DNA from: Alkalilimnicola ehrlichii MLHE-1
Lineage (GTDB): Bacteria > Pseudomonadota > Gammaproteobacteria > Nitrococcales > Halorhodospiraceae
Assembly: GCF_000014785.1 (NCBI RefSeq)
Contig: NC_008340.1
Coordinates: 1,470,001-1,502,000, forward strand
Length of the DNA: 32,000 nt
Reading direction: 5' to 3'
The position numbers were made by a program, and so were the translations under genes. Below, in pieces: positions 18,097 to 25,933 of the stretch. Under the pieces are notes generated by a model. It saw only the letters and a program-made list of their open reading frames with translations, was not told the origin of the DNA and searched no databases. Every line of letters starts with the position of its first letter. The stretch's first letter is position 1.

Positions 18097-20985
18097 ATGA
18101 AACTCGAGAAAAGAAAGGGCAGCTCGGCAGCCACTGCCGTGGGCGGCTTTCTCGGACGGGCCGTGGACCGGCGCACCTTCTTGAGGGGTTCCGGCCTCGC
18201 TGTCGGGGGCACGGCGGCGGCCGCCGCCATGCTCGAGCCGCGGATGATGCGCAAGGCGAAGGCGTCGGAGCGCGCCCGGTTTGACCCCAATGCCGACATC
18301 AAGGAGGTGAAGACGGTCTGCACCCACTGCTCCGTGGGGTGCGGTGTGATCGCCGAAGTGCAGAACGGTGTCTGGGTGGGGCAGGAGCCCAATTTCGACA
18401 GCCCGATCAACCTCGGGGCGCACTGTGCCAAGGGCGCCTCGTTACGTAACCACGGCCACTCGGGGCGGCGCACCAAGTACCCGATGAAGCTGGTCAATGG
18501 CCGCTGGGAGCGTATCGGCTGGGAGCAGGCCATCGAGGAGATCGGCGACAAGCTGCTGCAGATCCGCGAGGAGTCGGGTCCGGACGCACTCTGGTTCGCC
18601 GGCTCGTCCAAGGCCAGCAACGAGGGGGCCTACCTGCAGCGCAAGTTCGCGGCCTTCTGGGGCTCGAACAACTGTGACCACCAGGCGCGTATCTGCCACT
18701 CCACCACGGTGGCGGGGGTGGCGAACACCTGGGGTTATGGTGCCATGACCAACTCCTACAACGACATCACGAAGTCCAACTGCATCGTGATGTGCGGCTC
18801 CAATGCGGCCGAGGCCCACCCGGTCGCCATGCAGATGATCCTGCGGGGAAAGGAGAATGGCGCCAAACTGATTGTTATGGATCCGCGTTTCACCCGCACC
18901 GCCGCCCACTCCGATATCTTCGTGCGGCCCCGGTCGGGCACCGACGTGGCGCTGATCTACGGCATCCTGTGGCATATCTTCGAGAACGGCTGGGAGGACA
19001 GCACCTACATCCGCCAGCGGGTCTGGGGCATGGATCGGGTGCGCGAGGAGGTGGCCCACTGGACCCCCGAAGAGGTGGAGCGGGTGGCCGGCGTCGGCGA
19101 GGAGGCGCTGCGCGATGTGGCCAAGACCATCGTCGACAACAGCCCGATGACCTTTATTTGGTGTATGGGCGGCACCCAGCACACGATCGGTAACAACTAC
19201 GTGCGCGCCTACAATCACCTGCTGCTGGCCACCGGCAACGTCGGGGTCTCCGGCGGCGGGGCCAATATCTTCCGCGGTCACGACAACGTCCAGGGGGCCA
19301 CCGACGTCGGCCCCAACGCCCACATCCTGCCCGGCTACTTCCCCCACTCCGAGGGGGGCTGGCGGCACTGGGCCCGGGTCTGGGACGTGGACTACGAGTA
19401 CCTGCAGGGCCGGTTTGACCCGGCGGAGTACGACGACGGCTCCGGTGGCCAGGCGAAGCCCATGCACATGCCGGGCATCCCGGTATCGCGCTGGATCGAC
19501 GGGGTGCTCGAGGATGCGGACAACCTCTCGCAAAAAGACAACATCCGCGCCGTGATGTTCTGGGGCCACGCGCCCAACAGTCAGACCCGGCTGCCGGAGA
19601 TGAAGGAGGCCATGGAGAAGCTGGATCTCCTGGTCATCGCGGACCCCTATCCCACGGTCTCCGCTGTGCTGCATGACCGGCAGAACGACACCTACCTGCT
19701 GCCCGCCTGCACCCAGTTCGAGACCCGGGGCTCGGCCACCGCCTCCAACCGCTCCCTGCAGTGGCGCGACAAGGTCATCGAGCCGCTGTTCGAGGGCAAG
19801 CCGGATCACGAGATCGCCTATCTGCTCGCCCGCAAGCTCGGGTTTGCCGACGAGATGTTCAAGAACATCCGCATCGAGGGCACCGAGCCGGTGGTGGAGG
19901 ATGTGCTGCGGGAGATCAACCGGGGAACCTGGACCATCGGCTACACCGGCCAGAGCCCGGAGCGGCTCAAGAAGCACATGGAGAACCAGGCCACCTTCGA
20001 TGTCGTCTCGCTGAAAGCGGAGGGCGGTCCCTGTGACGGAGAGTACTACGGCCTGCCGTGGCCCTGCTGGGGCACGGCGGAGATGGGTCACCCGGGTACC
20101 CCCAACCTGTATGACACCAGCAAGCATGTGGCCGAGGGCGGACTCACCTTCCGCGCCCGTTTTGGCACCGAGTACGAGGGCGAGAACCTGTTGGCTGAGG
20201 GCTCCTACTCCAAGGGCTCGGCCATCCGGGACGGTTACCCGGAGATCACCGCCGACATGATCAAGCAGCTCGGCTGGTGGGATGATCTCACTGACGAGGA
20301 GAAGGCGCAGGCCGAGGGCCGGGACTGGAAGACCGATCTCTCCGGCGGGCTGCAGCGGGTGGCCATCAAGCACGGTCTGGCCCCCTTCGGTAACGCCAAG
20401 GCCCGCTGCTACGTCTGGAACTTCCCGGACCCCGTGCCGGTTCACCGCGAGCCGCTGTACACCCCGCGGTATGACCTGGTGTCCGACTACCCGACCTACG
20501 AGGACCGCAAGGCTTTCTATCGGCTGCCCACCCGCTGGGCCTCCGTTCAGGCCCAGGACTACTCCGGCGACTACCCGCTGATCCACACCAGCGGCCGCCT
20601 GGTGGAGTACGAGGGCGGCGGTGAGGAGACCCGTTCCAACCCCTGGCTGGCGGAGCTCAAGCAGGAGATGTTCGTGGAGATCAACCCGCGCGACGCCAAC
20701 AACGCCGGGGTGCGGAATAACGAGTGGGTCTGGCTGGAGGGCCCCGAGGGCGGGCGCATCCGCATCAAGGCCCTGGTCACCCGTCGGGTGGCGGCGGGCA
20801 CGGTGTTCACGCCCTTCCACTTCGGCGGCCACTTCCAGGGTGAGGACCTGCTGGCCAAGTACCCGGAGGGGGCCTCCCCCTACGTGCGTGGCGAGTCCAA
20901 CAATACCGCCACCACCTATGGGTACGACTCGGTCACGATGATGCAGGAGACCAAGACCACCCTGTGCCGTGTGGTTCCGGCCTGA
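18097..20985 (+). CDS. Formate dehydrogenase alpha subunit (Mo/W-bisPGD, Cys-containing), Tat-exported
   Basis: DRRTFLRGSG Tat-like motif, VCTHCSVGCGV...GAHCAKGA [4Fe-4S] ligands, and active-site segment CDHQARICHSTTVAGVANTWGYGAMTNSYNDI with Cys rather than a TGA/selenocysteine codon. No in-frame TGA. ATG at 18097. Confidence 0.94.
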   Translation: MKLEKRKGSSAATAVGGFLGRAVDRRTFLRGSGLAVGGTAAAAAMLEPRMMRKAKASERARFDPNADIKEVKTVCTHCSVGCGVIAEVQNGVWVGQEPNFDSPINLGAHCAKGASLRNHGHSGRRTKYPMKLVNGRWERIGWEQAIEEIGDKLLQIREESGPDALWFAGSSKASNEGAYLQRKFAAFWGSNNCDHQARICHSTTVAGVANTWGYGAMTNSYNDITKSNCIVMCGSNAAEAHPVAMQMILRGKENGAKLIVMDPRFTRTAAHSDIFVRPRSGTDVALIYGILWHIFENGWEDSTYIRQRVWGMDRVREEVAHWTPEEVERVAGVGEEALRDVAKTIVDNSPMTFIWCMGGTQHTIGNNYVRAYNHLLLATGNVGVSGGGANIFRGHDNVQGATDVGPNAHILPGYFPHSEGGWRHWARVWDVDYEYLQGRFDPAEYDDGSGGQAKPMHMPGIPVSRWIDGVLEDADNLSQKDNIRAVMFWGHAPNSQTRLPEMKEAMEKLDLLVIADPYPTVSAVLHDRQNDTYLLPACTQFETRGSATASNRSLQWRDKVIEPLFEGKPDHEIAYLLARKLGFADEMFKNIRIEGTEPVVEDVLREINRGTWTIGYTGQSPERLKKHMENQATFDVVSLKAEGGPCDGEYYGLPWPCWGTAEMGHPGTPNLYDTSKHVAEGGLTFRARFGTEYEGENLLAEGSYSKGSAIRDGYPEITADMIKQLGWWDDLTDEEKAQAEGRDWKTDLSGGLQRVAIKHGLAPFGNAKARCYVWNFPDPVPVHREPLYTPRYDLVSDYPTYEDRKAFYRLPTRWASVQAQDYSGDYPLIHTSGRLVEYEGGGEETRSNPWLAELKQEMFVEINPRDANNAGVRNNEWVWLEGPEGGRIRIKALVTRRVAAGTVFTPFHFGGHFQGEDLLAKYPEGASPYVRGESNNTATTYGYDSVTMMQETKTTLCRVVPA

Positions 20986-21015
20986 GCCAAAGGATAACGA
21001 GAGGAGAGTGCCGTC

Positions 21016-21606
21016 ATGGCGAGAATGAAATTCCTTTGTGACGCCGAGCGCTGCATCGAGTGTCAGGCCTGCGTCACGGCGTGCAAGAACGAGCACGAGG
21101 TCCCGTGGGGTGTGAACCGCCGGCGGGTGATCGTGATGGATGACGGGGTGCCGGGCGAGAAGGCGGTATCGGTGGCGTGCATGCACTGCACCGATGCCCC
21201 CTGCGCCGCGGTCTGCCCGGTGGACTGCTTCTACACCACCGACGATGGCGTGGTGCTGCACGACAAGGACCTGTGCATCGGCTGCGGTTACTGCTTCTAC
21301 GCCTGTCCCTTTGGTGCGCCGCAGTTCCCGCAGCAGACCGCCTTCGGGGTCCGCGGCAAGATGGACAAGTGCACCTTCTGCGCCGGGGGGCCGGAGCCGG
21401 CCCACTCGGAGGCCGAGCAGGTCAAGTACGGTACCAACCGTCTGGCCGAGGGTAAGCTGCCCCTGTGCGCCGAGATGTGCGCCACCAAGGCACTGATTGC
21501 CGGTGACGGCAACGTGCTGTCGGACATCTACCGCAAGCGTTTGATCAAGCGCGGTGGCCGACCGCAGACCTGGGGTTGGCAGGCGGCATACGGACAGGAG
21601 GCATGA
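21016..21606 (+). CDS. Formate dehydrogenase beta subunit, four-cluster ferredoxin
   Basis: CDAERCIECQACVTACKNEHEVPWGVNRRRVI, CMHCTDAPCAAVCPVDCF, CIGCGYCFYACPFGAPQFP, CTFCAGGPEP...CAEMCATKALIAGD. Confidence 0.95.
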   Translation: MARMKFLCDAERCIECQACVTACKNEHEVPWGVNRRRVIVMDDGVPGEKAVSVACMHCTDAPCAAVCPVDCFYTTDDGVVLHDKDLCIGCGYCFYACPFGAPQFPQQTAFGVRGKMDKCTFCAGGPEPAHSEAEQVKYGTNRLAEGKLPLCAEMCATKALIAGDGNVLSDIYRKRLIKRGGRPQTWGWQAAYGQEA

Positions 21607-21839
21607 GGCCGATGATGCAGCGTGGTACGGAACAGTCCCGACGATCTGTCCCCGGACGGCCCCTGCTGCTGGCAGGGGCCCTCGTCCTGAGCGGCGGTCT
21701 GCTGACCGCCTGCTCGGGGGAGGTCACCTACTACGAGCCCGGGGTCTACAAGGGCGGCGAGGATGAGCTTAAAGAGAGCGCCGAGGAGCGTGCCGAGGCC
21801 CTGCGTGAACGGGCCCTGCAGGCGCACACCGACCGCTGA
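21603..21839 (+). CDS. Small lipoprotein between FDH beta and gamma genes
   Basis: MRPMMQRGTEQSRRSVPGRPLLLAGALVLSGGLLTACSGEVTYYEPGVYKG... contains lipobox LLTAC. The ATG overlaps the beta stop (ATGA). Confidence 0.82.
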   Translation: MRPMMQRGTEQSRRSVPGRPLLLAGALVLSGGLLTACSGEVTYYEPGVYKGGEDELKESAEERAEALRERALQAHTDR

Positions 21840-21856
21840 GGCGTGGAGGGTTGATT

Positions 21857-22969
21857 ATGTCCACAAGTACACGCACCGCCCGGGAGAGACTCGCGCGGCG
21901 CAAGAAGTCCATGGCCTGGACCTTCTGCCTGGTGTTGGTGCTGTCCATGGCACTCCCGCTCGGGGCGTACCTGGTCACGACGCCGGGGGCCGTGGCGCAG
22001 CCCGCCGGGGAGCGCTTCTCGGAGGAGCACGCCACCAATCCGCGGTCTGACACTTGGCGCCACGCCCGGGCCGACGGCGAGGGCTTCACCACGGCCAGCG
22101 GTCCCTATGTCACCAACCAGTTGATCTCCAACATTGGCGAGAACTGGCGTCAGATGCGCAACGGCCCCGTCAAGGCGGTCGGCAGTTGGGTGATGGGGCT
22201 CTCCCTGGCGGCCGTTGCTCTGTTCTTTCTGGTCCGGGGGCGGATCCGGCTGGACGGGGGACGATCCGGGATGACCGTGCCGCGATGGACGGTCTTTGAG
22301 CGTTCGGTCCACTGGTTCGTCGCCATCAGCTTCATCATCCTGTCCATCACCGGGTTGTCCCTGCTGTTCGGGCGGCACGTGCTCATTCCGCTCATGGGCA
22401 ACGCCGGCTTCGCCGGTTACGCCCAGGCGGCGATGTACGTGCACAACTTTCTGGGGCCGGCGTTCGGGGTGGCGCTGCTGGTGATGATCCTCATGTGGAT
22501 CCGCAACAATATACCGACGGGTACCGATCTTAAATGGTTTGCCACCGGTGGCGGTCTGATTGGCAAGGGGCATCCCTCCGCCGGCAAGCTCAACGGCGGC
22601 GAGAAGGTCTGGTACTGGCTCGGTGTGGTGATCATGGGCTCCATCGTGGTGGTGACCGGGTTCATCCTGGACTTCCCCAACTGGGGGCAAAGCCGTGAAA
22701 TCATGGCCTGGTCGCAGGTGCTGCATGCGGTGGTGGCCATGTTCTGGATCGCCTTCGCCTTCGGCCACATCTATATCGGTACGCTGGGCACCGAGGGGGC
22801 CTTTGAGGGCATGGCCAAAGGCCGGGTGGACACCAACTGGGCCAAGCAACACCACGATCTGTGGTATGACGAGCTGATCCAGCAAGGGGTGAAGCCTGAG
22901 CCGGCGGAGGAGGCGGGCGCAACCGCCCCGTCGCCCGAGCCCGCCGCCGGGCAGAAACCCACCAGTTGA
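21857..22969 (+). CDS. Formate dehydrogenase gamma subunit, cytochrome b556-type
   Basis: FERSVHWFVAISFIILSITGLSLLFG, YVHNFLGPAFGVALLVMILMW, GEKVWYWLGVVIMGSIVVVTGFILDFP and VLHAVVAMFWIAFAFGHIYIGTLGTEGAFEGM with conserved haem-ligand His positions. Starts with a signal-like helix. Confidence 0.92.
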   Translation: MSTSTRTARERLARRKKSMAWTFCLVLVLSMALPLGAYLVTTPGAVAQPAGERFSEEHATNPRSDTWRHARADGEGFTTASGPYVTNQLISNIGENWRQMRNGPVKAVGSWVMGLSLAAVALFFLVRGRIRLDGGRSGMTVPRWTVFERSVHWFVAISFIILSITGLSLLFGRHVLIPLMGNAGFAGYAQAAMYVHNFLGPAFGVALLVMILMWIRNNIPTGTDLKWFATGGGLIGKGHPSAGKLNGGEKVWYWLGVVIMGSIVVVTGFILDFPNWGQSREIMAWSQVLHAVVAMFWIAFAFGHIYIGTLGTEGAFEGMAKGRVDTNWAKQHHDLWYDELIQQGVKPEPAEEAGATAPSPEPAAGQKPTS

Positions 22970-23007
22970 TGGCTCTCGGGAAGCGGGCCATGGAAGGCCT
23001 GGGAAGG

Positions 23008-23040
23008 CGCCGGAATCGGCCGTGTGAGCCGGTTCCGGCG
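23008..23040 (+). terminator. Putative terminator / long hairpin after the formate dehydrogenase gamma gene
   Basis: CGCCGGAATCGGC (23008-23020), 7-nt loop, GCCGGTTCCGGCG (23028-23040): a 13-bp stem with one G-U wobble, followed by TCGTGCCTGTTTCTT. Confidence 0.45.
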
Positions 23041-23090
23041 TCGTGCCTGTTTCTTCCGGGTGCCGCAATGCCACTGAGCAACATCCTTAA

Positions 23091-23591
23091 ATGATGCGCA
23101 AGCTGATCAGAACCTTCCGGGTCGATGATACCGACGACCATGTCTACCCCGTGGCCGCTCGCGTGGGCGAATGGGCGGTACCCGGCGCCTTCGTGTTCCG
23201 TTTCGCCGAGCAGGACCCCGCCACCTGGACCGGTGGCCATCGGCAGGCCTTCCTCACCGGCTTTCTCGGCACCGAGACCTTTGGCTGGTCCACGCTGGTG
23301 GTGGTGGCGGAGATTGACGAGGCGGGCTACAAGACCGTCATTGAGCGTCTGGCGCATTACCTGGTCGCGGTCTATGGCGCGCCGGGCCTGGAGGCTGCGC
23401 TGCCCTATGCCCGGGAGGAGGTGGCCTATGCCGCGAGCCTGTGTGAGCATCCGGTGAATACCGTGCTCGCGGTGCAGCGGGAGTCCTCGCCGGACGGTAT
23501 CCAGGAGAACTACCGGACGCTGCGTGAGCAGGCCAACTGGGAGGGCGAGGGCGTGCGGATCTGGAAACCGGTCCCCACCGATCCCTCGTAG
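23091..23591 (+). CDS. DUF6505-like protein
   Basis: KLIRTFRVDDTDDHVYPVAARVGEWAVPGAFVFRFAEQDPATWTGGHRQAFLTGFLGTETFGWSTLVVVAEI resembles DUF6505. Confidence 0.75.
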   Translation: MMRKLIRTFRVDDTDDHVYPVAARVGEWAVPGAFVFRFAEQDPATWTGGHRQAFLTGFLGTETFGWSTLVVVAEIDEAGYKTVIERLAHYLVAVYGAPGLEAALPYAREEVAYAASLCEHPVNTVLAVQRESSPDGIQENYRTLREQANWEGEGVRIWKPVPTDPS

Positions 23592-23749
23592 CCGGTGAGG
23601 CACCGTCTGCCCCAGCCCCTTGGGCGCCGCCCGGGGCGCCCGCCCCAGCGCCCCGGCGCCCACCGCAACCTTGCCGGATTTGACAACCAACCGGGAAACG
23701 CAAAGAGTAGGCGCTGAGGGATTCAAGGCGGAAAAGGAGCATTTACGGT

Positions 23750-23845
23750 ATGCGTAGCATAGCCACAGGGAAGCTGATCCTGATCGCGGCGCTGGCCCTG
23801 CTGTTGACGGGGTGCGGGCGGGTTCCGCTGGTGCCGATTCTTTAA
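23750..23845 (+). CDS. Very small (31 aa) putative lipoprotein, absent from the supplied ORF track
   Basis: ATG 23750 to TAA 23845 translates MRSIATGKLILIAALALLLTGCGRVPLVPIL, with a lipobox LLTGC. AAGGAG precedes the ATG by several nt. Confidence 0.55.
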   Translation: MRSIATGKLILIAALALLLTGCGRVPLVPIL

Positions 23846-23903
23846 GCTATCGCCCCGGGTTACCGCAGCGGGGCTGTTCCAGGGTAAATGGAAGGGTAGC
23901 GGG

Positions 23904-24185
23904 ATGTCCGACACAACCGCCGCGCTGCAACGAATGGCGGACGAGCTCGACCGGGTGCTGCGGGGCTCGCAGGAGGAGGCGGAGGCCTTCTATCGGGCCC
24001 GGGCCGTGGAGGTGGGCCGCTTGCTGGATCGTGCCCGTGATGCCCTGCCGCAGGGGGATCAGCCGTTGGCCAGTGATCAGCGCGCCCTGCACGATGCGGC
24101 AGAGCTGGTGGGCCATCTTTATGCGGCCCTGGCGGCCTGGGTGCTGACCGGCGAGGCGCCGGAAGGGATGGGGCGCGGGCGGTGA
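23904..24185 (+). CDS. Hypothetical small helical protein
   Basis: 93-aa ORF MSDTTAALQRMADELDRVLRGSQEEAEAFYRARAVEVGRLLDRARDAL..., preceded by an RBS-like GGTAGCGGG and coupled (GTGA overlap) to the next gene. Confidence 0.65.
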   Translation: MSDTTAALQRMADELDRVLRGSQEEAEAFYRARAVEVGRLLDRARDALPQGDQPLASDQRALHDAAELVGHLYAALAAWVLTGEAPEGMGRGR

Positions 24186-24634
24186 GCGCGGTGGTCGAGC
24201 CGCTGTGGTCCTACCTGCTGGTCTTTCTCATGGCGGCCACGCCGTGGGTCGAGCTGTTGGTGGTTATCCCCTTGGGGGTGGCGATGGGGCTCTCACCCTA
24301 CGGCGTGGCCCTGGTGGCGCTGCTGGGCAACGCCCTTCCGGTGGTCCTCATTGCCGTTGGCTGGCGCACCTGGCAGCGCTGGCGTGGCCAGCCCCGGCGG
24401 GCGTTGAAGCCCCGCGTGCAGCGGGTCTGGAACCGCTGGGGCCTGCCGGGCCTGGCCTTGCTGGGGCCACTGGTCACTGGGATTCATTTGGCCACGGTGG
24501 CGGCGCTGGCGCTGCGCTCCAGCACCCGCGCCACTGCGGCCTGGATGGTGGGCAGCCTGGTGGTCTGGACCCTGGCGACGACCTTGGTCACCGTGGGTGG
24601 GGTGGCGTTTTATCAGCGGATGACCCTCTGGTGA
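24182..24634 (+). CDS. Small multidrug-export-like (COG2426-type) membrane protein
   Basis: MAATPWVELLVVIPLGVAMGLSPYGVALVALLGNALPVVLI...WNRWGLPGLALLGPLVTGIHLATVAALALRSS resembles this family; GTG start. Confidence 0.75.
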   Translation: MSAVVEPLWSYLLVFLMAATPWVELLVVIPLGVAMGLSPYGVALVALLGNALPVVLIAVGWRTWQRWRGQPRRALKPRVQRVWNRWGLPGLALLGPLVTGIHLATVAALALRSSTRATAAWMVGSLVVWTLATTLVTVGGVAFYQRMTLW

Positions 24635-24708
24635 CAGGCGGCGCGGTGGTCCGGGCCGGTAGCGGGCGGGCATGCTTCCGGAGTTAGTGGGAACAGGAGC
24701 GGAGGACG

Positions 24709-25131
24709 ATGCGGTTTCATCAGGCCCAGCACAGCTTTTCCACCGACGGCCGCGGTACCCTGGAGATCACCGAGACGGTGGCCGGCGAAGTGCGCCGCGC
24801 AGGGGTCCGTAACGGCCTTTGCCATGTCTTCCTGCACCACACCAGCGCCTCGTTGATGCTGTGCGAGAATGCCGATCCCTCCGTGCGCCGGGACCTGGAG
24901 CGCTATTTCAGTCGCCTGGTCACCGACGGAGACCCGCTGTTCGAGCATCGGCTGGAGGGGGATGACGATATGGCCGCGCACATCCGCTCGGTGTTGACCC
25001 ACAACGACCTGACCCTGCCCGTGCGCAACGGCCGTCTGGCCCTGGGGACCTGGCAGGGGGTCTACCTGTGGGAGCACCGCTATCAGGGCCACCGGCGCCA
25101 AGTGACGGTGAGTGTGCAGGGGGTCGATTAG
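24709..25131 (+). CDS. YjbQ/UPF0047 family protein
   Basis: ITETVAGEVRRAGVRNGLCHVFLHHTSASLMLCENADPSVRRDLERYFSRLV...DDDMAAHIRSVLTHNDLTLPVRNGRLALGTWQGVYLWEHR is characteristic. Confidence 0.93.
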   Translation: MRFHQAQHSFSTDGRGTLEITETVAGEVRRAGVRNGLCHVFLHHTSASLMLCENADPSVRRDLERYFSRLVTDGDPLFEHRLEGDDDMAAHIRSVLTHNDLTLPVRNGRLALGTWQGVYLWEHRYQGHRRQVTVSVQGVD

Positions 25132-25245
25132 CGCAGGGCAGGGCGGGGCCGGCCGGGGCCGCCCCCGGGCCCCGGGCATTGCAACCGGCCGGTAACTGGT
25201 TTACTCTTTGCGCCCTGTCGCCCGGAGGGCGGCAGCGCAGTTTAC

Positions 25246-25338
<93 letters not shown>

Positions 25339-25362
25339 TCCCAACCCCTCGCTGTGCCCTGA

Positions 25363-25629
25363 TCAACCCCCGCCCCGTTGAAACCGCCGGTTGAAGGCCT
25401 GTTGAAAGGCGCATCGTGCCTCCGCGTCCAGCCCATGAAAGGACAGCGTGACGGCGGAGACCGGCAGGTGGAGTTGACCCAGGTGCCGGTCCGGTAACGC
25501 GCTCACCTCGATCTCAATACGCCGACTGCCGGCGCCGGCGCTGTAGCAGCCGGGCCTCGTCCGGTGCCAGGGGCCGGGTGCGGGTAGTCCATCCAGGCCC
25601 TCGATCAGGGCCTGGGGGCGCAGGCCCAT
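25363..25629 (-). CDS. Small uncharacterised protein at the distal end of the AOR gene cluster
   Basis: MGLRPQALIEGLDGLPAPGPWHRTRPGCYSAGAGSRRIEIEVSALPDRHLGQLHLPVSAVTLSFHGLDAEARCAFQQAFNRRFQRGGG. Start ambiguous (25629, GTG 25644, or 25704 overlapping the MoaD-like gene). Confidence 0.6.
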   Translation of the reverse strand: MGLRPQALIEGLDGLPAPGPWHRTRPGCYSAGAGSRRIEIEVSALPDRHLGQLHLPVSAVTLSFHGLDAEARCAFQQAFNRRFQRGGG

Positions 25630-25660
25630 CTGCTTGTGAACCACTACCGGGGGCGACGCG

Positions 25661-25933
25661 TTAGCCACCGGCGATCGGCGGCCAGACCGCGAACACGTCC
25701 CCATCCTTCAGCACCGGCCGATCCCGGTCCTCCGGGTCGATATAGACCCCGTTCAGCAGGATCAGGTGGGCCAGCTCGCGGGGTATGTCCAGGTGGTCGA
25801 TGAGGGTATGGGGGCTGGTCCCGTCCGGCAGGTCCAGCACCGCGCCCTCATGGGGCGGCCGGCCGTCCGGCATGTGCTCGGAGAGACTGGCGTAAAGCTT
25901 GACCTGGATCTTCATCAGCAGTGTACTCATCAT
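25661..25933 (-). CDS. MoaD/ThiS family ubiquitin-like sulfur-carrier protein
   Basis: IQVKLYASLSEHMPDG...LILLNGVYIDPEDRDRPVLKDGDVFAVWPPIAGG: beta-grasp pattern with C-terminal Gly-Gly. Confidence 0.88.
   Translation of the reverse strand: MMSTLLMKIQVKLYASLSEHMPDGRPPHEGAVLDLPDGTSPHTLIDHLDIPRELAHLILLNGVYIDPEDRDRPVLKDGDVFAVWPPIAGG

Noticed and set aside
18442-21405. 987-aa minus-strand ORF antisense to FDH alpha and beta
   Set aside because: It overlaps strongly supported coding sequence. Its composition is low-complexity His/Arg/Gly/Val, typical of the antisense frame in high-GC DNA, with no recognisable motif.
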